Assembly: GCA_964057225.1 (NCBI GenBank)
Contig: OZ059900.1
Span: 25,792,001 to 25,856,000 of the forward strand
Reading direction: 5' to 3'
DNA: 64,000 nucleotides
Source: Auanema rhodensis
Taxonomy: Eukaryota; Animalia; Nematoda
Shown: positions 1-13,500 of the stretch, in pieces
Layout: each line of letters begins with the position of its first letter
How positions within the stretch are numbered: position 1 is the stretch's first letter
Notes under the pieces: model-generated
What the model saw: the letters and a program-made list of their open reading frames with translations, nothing else
Told to the model about the DNA's origin: nothing
Databases searched by the model: none
Position numbers and translations under genes: made by a program

Positions 1-3000
1 TGCATGAGTTTGAACACATGAAATCGTAAGTCAAAACCTTGTTTACAGCGAAATTTCCAAAAACTGGTTTTCCAGCATAATAAAATATTTCTCATGGGAA
101 ATACAGTGTTTTTGTATTTTTTTAGTGTTCAGCATGTAAAATGCGTCATTTTAGTATGTAAAACGCTGAAATTCGTTGCATTTGACGACTCATATGAACA
201 AAAATCGATTTTATCAATATTAGCCATAAGGGGCGTGCCCTCAGAATATGCTAATTTCCTTAATTTTCTAACCCCTGTTTTTTTGTCGTGAAAGTGGAAC
301 TAGACGTTGTATGAACAATTTTGAGCTAGGTTTCATTGACATTGCATGAGTTTGAACACATGAAATCGTAAGTCAAAACCTTGTTTACAGCGAAATTTCC
401 AAAAACTGGTTTTCCAGCATAATACAATATTTCTCATGGGAAATACTGTGTTTTTGTATTTTTCTAGTGTTCAGAATGTAGAATGCTTCATTTTAGTACG
501 TAACACGCTGAAATTCGTTGCATTTGACGACTCATATGAACAAAAATCGATTTAATCAATATTAGCCATAAGGGGCGTGCCCTCAGAATATGCTAATTTC
601 CTTAATTTTCTAACCCCTGTTTTTTTGTCGTGAAAGTGGAACTAGACGTTGTACGAACAATTTTGAGCTAGGTTTCATTGACATTGCATGAGTTTGAACA
701 CATGAAATCGTAAGTCAAAACCTTGTTTACAGCGAAATTTCCAAAAACTGGTTTTCCAGCATAATAAAATATTTCTCATGGGAAATACTGTGTTTTTGTA
801 TTTTTCTAGTGTTCAGCATGTAAAATGCTTCATTTTAGTATGTAACACGCTGAAATTCGTTGCATTTGACGACTCATATGAACAAAAATCGATTTAATCA
901 ATATTAGCCATAAGGGGCGTGCCCTCAGAATATGCTAATTTCCTTAATTTTCTAACCCCTGTTTTTTTGTCGTGAAAGTGGAACTAGACGTTGTACGAAC
1001 AATTTTGAGCTAGGTTTTATTGACATTGCATGAGTTTGAACACATGAAATCGTAAGTCAAAACCTTGTTTACAGCGAAATTTCCAAAAACTGGTTTTCCA
1101 GCATAATAAAATATTTCTCATGGGAAATACAGTGTTTTTGTATTTTTTTAGTGTTCAGCATGTAAAATGCGTCATTTTAGTATGTAAAACGCTGAAATTC
1201 GTTGCATTTGACGACTCATATGAACAAAAATCGATTTTATCAATATTAGCCATAAGGGGCGTGCCCTCAGAATATGCTAATTTCCTTAATTTTCTAACCC
1301 CTGTTTTTTTGTCGTGAAAGTGGAACTAGACGTTGTACGAACAATTTTGAGCTAGGTTTCATTGACATTCCATGAGTTTGAACACATGAAATCGTAAGTC
1401 AAAACCTTGTTTACAGCGAAATTTCCAAAAACTGGTTTTCCAGCATAATAAAATATTTCTCATGGGAAATACAGTGTTTTTGTATTTTTTTAGTGTTCAG
1501 CATGAAAAATATGTCATTTTAGTATGTAAAACGCTGAAATTCGTTGCATTTGACGACTCATATGAACAAAAATCGATTTTATCAATATTAGCCATAAGGG
1601 GCGTGCCCTCAGAATATGCTAATTTCCTTAATTTTCTAACCCCTGTTTTTTTGTCGTGAAAGTGGAACTAGACGTTGTACGAACAATTTTGAGCTAGGTT
1701 TCATTGACATTGCATGAGTTTGAACACATGAAATCGTAAGTCAAAACCTTGTTTACAGCGAAATTTCCAAAAACTGGTTTTCCAGCATAATACAATATTT
1801 CTCATGGGAAATACTGTGTTTTTGTATTTTTCTAGTGTTCAGAATGTAGAATGCTTCATTTTAGTACGTAAAACGCTGAAATTCGTTGCATTTGACGACT
1901 CATATGAACAAAAATCGATTTAATCAATATTAGCCATAAGGGGCGTGCCCTCAGAATATGCTAATTTCCTTAATTTTCTAACCCCTGTTTTTTTGTCGTG
2001 AAAGTGGGACTAGACGTTGTACGAACAATTTTGAGCTAGGTTTCATTGACATTGCATGAGTTTGAACACATGAAATCGTAAGTCAAAACCTTGTTTACAG
2101 CGAAATTTCCAAAAACTGGTTTTCCAGCATAATAAAATATTTCTCATGGGAAATACTGTGTTTTTGTATTTTTCTAGTGTTCAGCATGTAAAATGCTTCA
2201 TTTTAGTATGTAACACGCTGAAATTCGTTGCATTTGACGACTCATATGAACAAAAATCGATTTAATCAATATTAGCCATAAGGGGCGTGCCCTCAGAATA
2301 TGCTAATTTCCTTAATTTTCTAACCCCTGTTTTTTTGTCGTGAAAGTGGAACTAGACGTTGTACGAACAATTTTGAGCTAGGTTTCATTGACATTGCATG
2401 AGTTTGAACACATGAAATCGTAAGTCAAAACCTTGTTTACAGCGAAATTTCCAAAAACTGGTTTTCCAGCATAATAAAATATTTCTCATGGGAAATACAG
2501 TGTTTTTGTATTTTTTTAGTGTTCAGCATGTAAAATGCGTCATTTTAGTATGTAAAACGCTGAAATTCGTTGCATTTGACGACTCATATGAACAAAAATC
2601 GATTTTATCAATATTAGCCATAAGGGGCGTGCCCTCAGAATATGCTAATTTCCTTAATTTTCTAACCCCTGTTTTTTTGTCGTGAAAGTGGAACTAGACG
2701 TTGTACGAACAATTTTGAGCTAGGTTTCATTGACATTCCATGAGTTTGAACACATGAAATCGTAAGTCAAAACCTTGTTTACAGCGAAATTTCCAAAAAC
2801 TGGTTTTCCAGCATAATAAAATATTTCTCATGGGAAATACAGTGTTTTTGTATTTTTTTAGTGTTCAGCATGTAAAATGCGTCATTTTAGTATGTAAAAC
2901 GCTGAAATTCGTTGCATTTGACGACTCATATGAACAAAAATCGATTTAATCAATATTAGCCATAAGGGGCGTGCCCTCAGAATATGCTAATTTCCTTAAT

Positions 3001-6000
3001 TTTCTAACCCCTGTTTTTTTGTCGTGAAAGTGGAACTAGACGTTGTACGAACAATTTTGAGCTAGGTTTCATTGACATTGCATGAGTTTGAACACATGAA
3101 ATCGTAAGTCAAAACCTTGTTTACAGCGAAATTTCCAAAAACTGGTTTTCCAGCATAATAAAATATTTCTCATGGGAAATACTGTGTTTTTGTATTTTTC
3201 TAGTGTTCAGCATGTAAAATGCTTCATTTTAGTATGTAACACGCTGAAATTCGTTGCATTTGACGACTCATATGAACAAAAATCGATTTAATCAATATTA
3301 GCCATAAGGGGCGTGCCCTCAGAATATGCTAATTTCCTTAATTTTCTAACCCCTGTTTTTTTGTCGTGAAAGTGGAACTAGACGTTGTACGAACAATTTT
3401 GAGCTAGGTTTCATTGACATTGCATGAGTTTGAACACATGAAATCGTAAGTCAAAACCTTGTTTACAGCGAAATTTCCAAAAACTGGTTTTCCAGCATAA
3501 TAAAATATTTCTCATGGGAAATACAGTGTTTTTGTATTTTTTTAGTGTTCAGCATGTAAAATGCGTCATTTTAGTATGTAAAACGCTGAAATTCGTTGCA
3601 TTTGACGACTCATATGAACAAAAATCGATTTTATCAATATTAGCCATAAGGGGCGTGCCCTCAGAATATGCTAATTTCCTTAATTTTCTAACCCCTGTTT
3701 TTTTGTCGTGAAAGTGGAATTAGACGTTGTACGAACAATTTTGAGCTAGGTTTCATTGACATTGCATGAGTTTGAACACATGAAATCGTAAGTCAAAACC
3801 TTGTTTACAGCGAAATTTCCAAAAACTGGTTTTCCAGCATAATAAAATATTTCTCAAGGGAAAAACTGTGTTTTTATATTTTTCTAGTGTTCAGCATGTG
3901 AAATGCTTAATTTTAGTATGTAACACGCTGAAATTCGTTGCATTTGACGACTCATATGAACAAAAATCGATTTAATCAATATTAGCCATAAGGGGCGTGC
4001 CCTCAGAATATGCTAATTTCCTTAATTTTCTAACCCCTGTTTTTTTGTCGTGAAAGTGGAACTAGACGTTGTACGAACAATTTTGAGCTAGGTTTCATTG
4101 ACATTGCATGAGTTTGAACACATGAAATCGTAAGTCAAAACCTTGTTTACAGCGAAATTTCCAAAAACTGGTTTTCCAGCATAATAAAATATTTCTCATG
4201 GGAAATACTGTGTTTTTGTATTTTTCTAGTGTTCAGCATGTAAAATGCTTCATTTTAGTATGTAACACGCTGAAATTCGTTGCATTTGACGACTCATATG
4301 AACAAAAATCGATTTAATCAATATTAGCCATAAGGGGCGTGCCCTCAGAATATGCTAATTTCCTTAATTTTCTAACCCCTGTTTTTTTGTCGTGAAAGTG
4401 GAACTAGACGTTGTACGAACAATTTTGAGCTAGGTTTCATTGACATTGCATGAGTTTGAACACATGAAATCGTAAGTCAAAACCTTGTTTACAGCGAAAT
4501 TTCCAAAAACTGGTTTTCCAGCATAATACAATATTTCTCATGGGAAATACTGTGTTTTTGTATTTTTCTAGTGTTCAGAATGTAGAATGCTTCATTTTAG
4601 TACGTAAAACGCTGAAATTCGTTGCATTTGACGACTCATATGAACAAAAATCGATTTAATCAATATTAGCCATAAGGGGCGTGCCCTCAGAATATGCTAA
4701 TTTCCTTAATTTTCTAACCCCTGTTTTTTTGTCGTGAAAGTGGAACTAGACGTTGTACGAACGATTTTGAGCTAGGTTTCATTGACATTGCATGAGTTTG
4801 AACACATGAAATCGTAAGTCAAAACCTTGTTTACAGCGAAATTTCCAAAAACTGGTTTTCCAGCATAATAAAATATTTCTCATGGGAAATACAGTGTTTT
4901 TGTATTTTTTTAGTGTTCAGCATGTAAAATGCGTCATTTTAGTATGTAAAACGCTGAAATTCGTTGCATTTGACGACTCATATGAACAAAAATCGATTTT
5001 ATCAATATTAGCCATAAGGGGCGTGCCCTCAGAATATGCTAATTTCCTTAATTTTCTAACCCCTGTTTTTTTGTCGTGAAAGTGGAATTAGACGTTGTAC
5101 GAACAATTTTGAGCTAGGCTTCATTGACATTGCATGAGTTTGAACACATGAAATCGTAAGTCAAAACCTTGTTTACAGCGAAATTTCCAAAAACTGGTTT
5201 TCCAGCATAATAAAATATTTCTGAAGGGAAAAACTGTGTTTTTATATTTTTCTAGTGTTCAGCATGTGAAATGCTTAATTTTAGTATGTAACACGCTGAA
5301 ATTCGTTGCATTTGACGACTCATATGAACAAAAATCGATTTAATCAATATTAGCCATAAGGGGCGTGCCCTCAGAATATGCTAATTTCCTTAATTTTCTA
5401 ACCCCTGTTTTTTTGTCGTGAAAGTGGAACTAGACGTTGTACGAACAATTTTGAGCTAGGTTTCATTGACATTGCATGAGTTTGAACACATGAAATCGTA
5501 AGTCAAAACCTTGTTTACAGCGAAATTTCCAAAAACTGGTTTTCCAGCATAATAAAATATTTCTCATGGGAAATACTGTGTTTTTGTATTTTTCTAGTGT
5601 TCAGCATGTAAAATGCTTCATTTTAGTATGTAACACGCTGAAATTCGTTGCATTTGACGACTCATATGAACAAAAATCGATTTAATCAATATTAGCCATA
5701 AGGGGCGTGCCCTCAGAATATGCTAATTTCCTTAATTTTCTAACCCCTGTTTTTTTGTCGTGAAAGTGGAACTAGACGTTGTACGAACAATTTTGAGCTA
5801 GGTTTCATTGACATTGCATGAGTTTGAACACATGAAATCGTAAGTCAAAACCTTGTTTACAGCGAAATTTCCAAAAACTGGTTTTCCAGCATAATACAAT
5901 ATTTCTCATGGGAAATACTGTGTTTTTGTATTTTTCTAGTGTTCAGAATGTAGAATGCTTCATTTTAGTACGTAAAACGCTGAAATTCGTTGCATTTGAC

Positions 6001-7524
6001 GACTCATATGAACAAAAATCGATTTAATCAATATTAGCCATAAGGGGCGTGCCCTCAGAATATGCTAATTTCCTTAATTTTCTAACCCCTGTTTTTTTGT
6101 CGTGAAAGTGGAACTAGACGTTGTACGAACAATTTTGAGCTAGGTTTCATTGACATTGCATGAGTTTGAACACATGAAATCGTAAGTCAAAACCTTGTTT
6201 ACAGCGAAATTTCCAAAAACTGGTTTTCCAGCATAATAAAATATTTCTCATGGGAAATACTGTGTTTTTGTATTTTTCTAGTGTTCAGCATGTGAAATGC
6301 TTCATTTTAGTATGTAACACGCTGAAATTCGTTGCATTTGACGACTCATATGAACAAAAATCGATTTAATCAATATTAGCCATAAGGGGCGTGCCCTCAT
6401 AATATGCTAATTTCCTTAATTTTCTAACCCCTGTTTTTTTGTCGTGAAAGTGGAACTAGACGTTGTACGAACAATTTTGAGCTAGGTTTCATTGACATTG
6501 CATGAGTTTGAACACATGAAATCGTAAGTCAAAACCTTGTTTACAGCGAAATTTCCAAAAACTGGTTTTCCAGCATAATAAAATATTTCTCATGGGAAAT
6601 ACAGTGTTTTTGTATTTTTTTAGTGTTCAGCATGTAAAATGCGTCATTTTAGTATGTAAAACGCTGAAATTCGTTGCATTTGACGACTCATATGAACAAA
6701 AATCGATTTTATCAATATTAGCCATAAGGGGCGTGCCCTCAGAATATGCTAATTTCCTTAATTTTCTAACCCCTGTTTTTTTGTCGTGAAAGTGGAACTA
6801 GACGTTGTATGAACAATTTTGAGCTAGGTTTCATTGACATTGCATGAGTTTGAACACATGAAATCGTAAGTCAAAACCTTGTTTACAGCGAAATTTCCAA
6901 AAACTGGTTTTCCAGCATAATACAATATTTCTCATGGGAAATACTGTGTTTTTGTATTTTTCTAGTGTTCAGAATGTAGAATGCTTCATTTTAGTACGTA
7001 ACACGCTGAAATTCGTTGCATTTGACGACTCATATGAACAAAAATCGATTTAATCAATATTAGCCATAAGGGGCGTGCCCTCAGAATATGCTAATTTCCT
7101 TAATTTTCTAACCCCTGTTTTTTTGTCGTGAAAGTGGAACTAGACGTTGTACGAACAATTTTGAGCTAGGTTTCATTGACATTGCATGAGTTTGAACACA
7201 TGAAATCGTAAGTCAAAACCTTGTTTACAGCGAAATTTCCAAAAACTGGTTTTCCAGCATAATAAAATATTTCTCATGGGAAATACTGTGTTTTTGTATT
7301 TTTCTAGTGTTCAGCATGTAAAATGCTTCATTTTAGTATGTAACACGCTGAAATTCGTTGCATTTGACGACTCATATGAACAAAAATCGATTTAATCAAT
7401 ATTAGCCATAAGGGGCGTGCCCTCAGAATATGCTAATTTCCTTAATTTTCTAACCCCTGTTTTTTTGTCGTGAAAGTGGAACTAGACGTTGTACGAACAA
7501 TTTTGAGCTAGGTTTCATTGACAT

Positions 7525-10500
7525 TGCATGAGTTTGAACACATGAAATCGTAAGTCAAAACCTTGTTTACAGCGAAATTTCCAAAAACTGGTTTTCCAGC
7601 ATAATAAAATATTTCTCATGGGAAATACAGTGTTTTTGTATTTTTTTAGTGTTCAGCATGTAAAATGCGTCATTTTAGTATGTAAAACGCTGAAATTCGT
7701 TGCATTTGACGACTCATATGAACAAAAATCGATTTTATCAATATTAGCCATAAGGGGCGTGCCCTCAGAATATGCTAATTTCCTTAATTTTCTAACCCCT
7801 GTTTTTTTGTCGTGAAAGTGGAACTAGACGTTGTACGAACAATTTTGAGCTAGGTTTCATTGACATTGCATGAGTTTGAACACATGAAATCGTAAGTCAA
7901 AACCTTGTTTACAGCGAAATTTCCAAAAACTGGTTTTCCAGCATAATACAATATTTCTCATGGGAAATACTGTGTTTTTGTATTTTTCTAGTGTTCAGAA
8001 TGTAGAATGCTTCATTTTAGTACGTAAAACGCTGAAATTCGTTGCATTTGACGACTCATATGAACAAAAATCGATTTAATCAATATTAGCCATAAGGGGC
8101 GTGCCCTCAGAATATGCTAATTTCCTTAATTTTCTAACCCCTGTTTTTTTGTCGTGAAAGTGGAACTAGACGTTGTACGAACAATTTTGAGCTAGGTTTC
8201 ATTGACATTGCATGAGTTTGAACACATGAAATCGTAAGTCAAAACCTTGTTTACAGCGAAATTTCCAAAAACTGGTTTTCCAGCATAATAAAATATTTCT
8301 CATGGGAAATACTGTGTTTTTGTATTTTTCTAGTGTTCAGCATGTAAAATGCTTCATTTTAGTATGTAACACGCTGAAATTCGTTGCATTTGACGACTCA
8401 TATGAACAAAAATCGATTTAATCAATATTAGCCATAAGGGGCGTGCCCTCAGAATATGCTAATTTCCTTAATTTTCTAACCCCTGTTTTTTTGTCGTGAA
8501 AGTGGAACTAGACGTTGTACGAACAATTTTGAGCTAGGTTTCATTGACATTGCATGAGTTTGAACACATGAAATCGTAAGTCAAAACCTTGTTTACAGCG
8601 AAATTTCCAAAAACTGGTTTTCCAGCATAATAAAATATTTCTCATGGGAAATACAGTGTTTTTGTATTTTTTTAGTGTTCAGCATGTAAAATGCGTCATT
8701 TTAGTATGTAAAACGCTGAAATTCGTTGCATTTGACGACTCATATGAACAAAAATCGATTTTATCAATATTAGCCATAAGGGGCGTGCCCTCAGAATATG
8801 CTAATTTCCTTAATTTTCTAACCCCTGTTTTTTTGTCGTGAAAGTGGAATTAGACGTTGTACGAACAATTTTGAGCTAGGTTTCATTGACATTGCATGAG
8901 TTTGAACACATGAAATCGTAAGTCAAAACCTTGTTTACAGCGAAATTTCCAAAAACTGGTTTTCCAGCATAATAAAATATTTCTCAAGGGAAAAACTGTG
9001 TTTTTATATTTTTCTAGTGTTCAGCATGTGAAATGCTTAATTTTAGTATGTAACACGCTGAAATTCGTTGCATTTGACGACTCATATGAACAAAAATCGA
9101 TTTAATCAATATTAGCCATAAGGGGCGTGCCCTCAGAATATGCTAATTTCCTTAATTTTCTAACCCCTGTTTTTTTGTCGTGAAAGTGGAACTAGACGTT
9201 GTACGAACAATTTTGAGCTAGGTTTCATTGACATTGCATGAGTTTGAACACATGAAATCGTAAGTCAAAACCTTGTTTACAGCGAAATTTCCAAAAACTG
9301 GTTTTCCAGCATAATAAAATATTTCTCATGGGAAATACTGTGTTTTTGTATTTTTCTAGTGTTCAGCATGTAAAATGCTTCATTTTAGTATGTAACACGC
9401 TGAAATTCGTTGCATTTGACGACTCATATGAACAAAAATCGATTTAATCAATATTAGCCATAAGGGGCGTGCCCTCAGAATATGCTAATTTCCTTAATTT
9501 TCTAACCCCTGTTTTTTTGTCGTGAAAGTGGAACTAGACGTTGTACGAACAATTTTGAGCTAGGTTTCATTGACATTGCATCAGTTTGAACACATGAAAT
9601 CGTAAGTCAAAACCTTGTTTACAGCGAAATTTCCAAAAACTGGTTTTCCAGCATAATAAAATATTTCTCATGGGAAATACTGTGTTTTTGTATTTTTCTA
9701 GTGTTCAACATGTAAAATGCTTCATTTTAGTATGTAACACGCTGAAATTCGTTGCATTTGACGACTCATATGAACAAAAATCGATTTAATCAATATTAGC
9801 CATAAGGGGCGTGCCCTCAGAATATGCTAATTTCCTTAATTTTCTAACCCCTGTTTTTTTGTCGTGAAAGTGGAACTAGACGTTGTACGAACAATTTTGA
9901 GCTAGGTTTCATTGACATTGCATGAGTTTGAACACATGAAATCGTAAGTCAAAACCTTGTTTACAGCGAAATTTCCAAAAACTGGTTTTCCAGCATAATA
10001 AAATATTTCTCATGGGAAAAACTGTGTTTTTGTATTTTTCTAGTGTTCAGCATGTAAAATGCTTCATTTTAGTATGTAGCACACTGAAATTTGTTGCATT
10101 TGACGACTCATATGAACAAAAATTGATTTTATCAATATTAGCCATAAGGGGCGTGCCCTCAGAATATGCTAATTTCCTTAATTTTCTAACCCCTGTTTTT
10201 TTTGTCGTGAAAGTGGAACTAGACGTTGTACGAACAATTTTGAGCTAGGTTTCATTGACATTGCATGAGTTTGAACACATGAAATCGTAAGTCAAAACCT
10301 TGTCTACAGCGAAATTTCCAAAAACTGGTTTTCCAGCATAATAAAATATTTCTCATGGGAAATACAGTGTTTTTGTATTTTTTTAGTGTTCAGCATGTAA
10401 AATGCGTCATTTTAGTATGTAAAACGCTGAAATTCGTTGCATTTGACGACTCATATGAACAAAAATCGATTTTATCAATATTAGCCATAAGGGGCGTGCC

Positions 10501-13500
10501 CTCAGAATATGCTAATTTCCTTAATTTTCTAACCCCTGTTTTTTTGTCGTGAAAGTGGAACTAGACGTTGTACGAACAATTTTGAGCTAGGTTTCATTGA
10601 CATTGCATGAGTTTGAACACATGAAATCGTAAGTCAAAACCTTGTTTACAGCGAAATTTCCAAAAACTGGTTTTCCAGCATAATAAAATATTTCTCAAGG
10701 GAAAAACTGTGTTTTTATATTTTTCTAGTGTTCAGCATGTGAAATGCTTAATTTTAGTATGTAACACGCTGAAATTTGTTGCATTTGACGACTCATATGA
10801 ACAAAAATCGATTTAATCAATATTAGCCATAAGGGGCGTGCCCTCAGAATATGCTAATTTCCTTAATTTTCTAACCCCTGTTTTTTTGTCGTGAAAGTGG
10901 AACTAGACGTTGTACGAACAATTTTGAGCTAGGTTTCATTGACATTGCATGAGTTTGAACACATGAAATCGTAAGTCAAAACCTTGTTTACAGCGAAATT
11001 TCCAAAAACTGGTTTTCCAGCATAATAAAATATTTCTCATGGGAAATACTGTGTTTTTGTATTTTTCTAGTGTTCAGCATGTAAAATGCTTCATTTTAGT
11101 ATGTAACACGCTGAAATTCGTTGCATTTGACGACTCATATGAACAAAAATCGATTTAATCAATATTAGCCATAAGGGGCGTGCCCTCAGAATATGCTAAT
11201 TTCCTTAATTTTCTAACCCCTGTTTTTTTGTCGTGAAAGTGGAACTAGACGTTGTACGAACAATTTTGAGCTAGGTTTCATTGACATTGCATCAGTTTGA
11301 ACACATGAAATCGTAAGTCAAAACCTTGTTTACAGCGAAATTTCCAAAAACTGGTTTTCCAGCATAATAAAATATTTCTCATGGGAAATACTGTGTTTTT
11401 GTATTTTTCTAGTGTTCAACATGTCAAATGCTTCATTTTAGTATGTAACACGCTGAAATTCGTTGCATTTGACGACTCATATGAACAAAAATCGATTTAA
11501 TCAATATTAGCCATAAGGGGCGTGCCCTCAGAATATGCTAATTTCCTTAATTTTCTAACCCCTGTTTTTTTGTCGTGAAAGTGGAACTAGACGTTGTACG
11601 AACAATTTTGAGCTAGGTTTCATTGACATTGCATGAGTTTGAACACATGAAATCGTAAGTCAAAACCTTGTCTACAGCGAAATTTCCAAAAACTGGTTTT
11701 CCAGCATAATAAAATATTTCTCATGGGAAAAACTGTGTTTTTGTATTTTTTTAGTGTTCAGCATGTAAAATGCGTCATTTTAGTATGTAAAACGCTGAAA
11801 TTCGTTGCATTTGACGACTCATATGAACAAAAATCGATTTTATCAATATTAGCCATAAGGGGCGTGCCCTCAGAATATGCTAATTTCCTTAATTTTCTAA
11901 CCCCTGTTTTTTTGTCGTGAAAGTGGAACTAGACGTTGTACGAACAATTTTAAGCTAGGTTTCATTGACATTGCATGAGTTTGAACACATGAAATCGTAA
12001 GTCAAAACCTTGTTTACAGCGAAATTTCCAAAAACTGGTTTTCCAGCATAATAAAATATTTCTCATGGGAAATACAGTGTTTTTGTATTTTTTTAGTGTT
12101 CAGCATGTAAAATGCGTCATTTTAGTATGTAAAACGCTGAAATTCGTTGCATTTGACGACTCATATGAACAAAAATCGATTTTATCAATATTAGCCATAA
12201 GGGGCGTGCCCTCAGAATATGCTAATTTCCTTAATTTTCTAACCCCTGTTTTTTTGTCGTCAAAGTGGAACTAGACGTTGTACGAACAATTTTGAGCTAG
12301 GTTTCATTGACATTGCATGAGTTTGAACACATGAAATCGTAAGTCAAAACCTTGTTTACAGCGAAATTTCCAAAAACTGGTTTTCCAGCATAATAAAATA
12401 TTTCTCAAGGGAAAAACTGTGTTTTTATATTTTTCTAGTGTTCAGCATGTGAAATGCTTAATTTTAGTATGTAACACGCTGAAATTCGTTGCATTTGACG
12501 ACTCATATGAACAAAAATCGATTTAATCAATATTAGCCATAAGGGGCGTGCCCTCAGAATATGCTAATTTCCTTAATTTTCTAACCCCTGTTTTTTTGTC
12601 GTGAAAGTGGAACTAGACGTTGTACGAACAATTTTGAGCTAGGTTTCATTGACATTGCATGAGTTTGAACACATGAAATCGTAAGTCAAAACCTTGTTTA
12701 CAGCGAAATTTCCAAAAACTGGTTTTCCAGCATAATAAAATATTTCTCATGGGAAATACTGTGTTTTTGTATTTTTCTAGTGTTCAGCATGTAAAATGCT
12801 TCATTTTACTATGTAACACGCTGAAATTCGTTGCATTTGACGACTCATATGAACAAAAATCGATTTAATCAATATTAGCCATAAGGGGCGTGCCCTCAGA
12901 ATATGCTAATTTCCTTAATTTTCTAACCCCTGTTTTTTTGTCGTGAAAGTGGAACTAGACGTTGTACGAACAATTTTGAGCTAGGTTTCATTGACATTGC
13001 ATCAGTTTGAACACATGAAATCGTAAGTCAAAACCTTGTTTACAGCGAAATTTCCAAAAACTGGTTTTCCAGCATAATAAAATATTTCTCATGGGAAATA
13101 CTGTGTTTTTGTATTTTTCTAGTGTTCAACATGTAAAATGCTTCATTTTAGTATGTAACACGCTGAAATTCGTTGCATTTGACGACTCATATGAACAAAA
13201 ATCGATTTAATCAATATTAGCCATAAGGGGCGTGCCCTCAGAATATGCTAATTTCCTTAATTTTCTAACCCCTGTTTTTTTGTCGTGAAAGTGGAACTAG
13301 ACGTTGTACGAACAATTTTGAGCTAGGTTTCATTGACATTGCATGAGTTTGAACACATGAAATCGTAAGTCAAAACCTTGTTTACAGCGAAATTTCCAAA
13401 AACTGGTTTTCCAGCATAATAAAATATTTCTCATGGGAAAAACTGTGTTTTTGTATTTTTCTAGTGTTCAGCATGTAAAATGCTTCATTTTAGTATGTAG

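Noticed and set aside
171-187. CENP-B box-like TTCGTTGCA
   Set aside because: It matches only the TTCG....A half; the required CGGG is absent.
1-342. Assignment to primate alpha-satellite dimer or a named satellite family
   Set aside because: Only the length matches. I do not recognise alphoid sequence, and a database search is needed for any naming.
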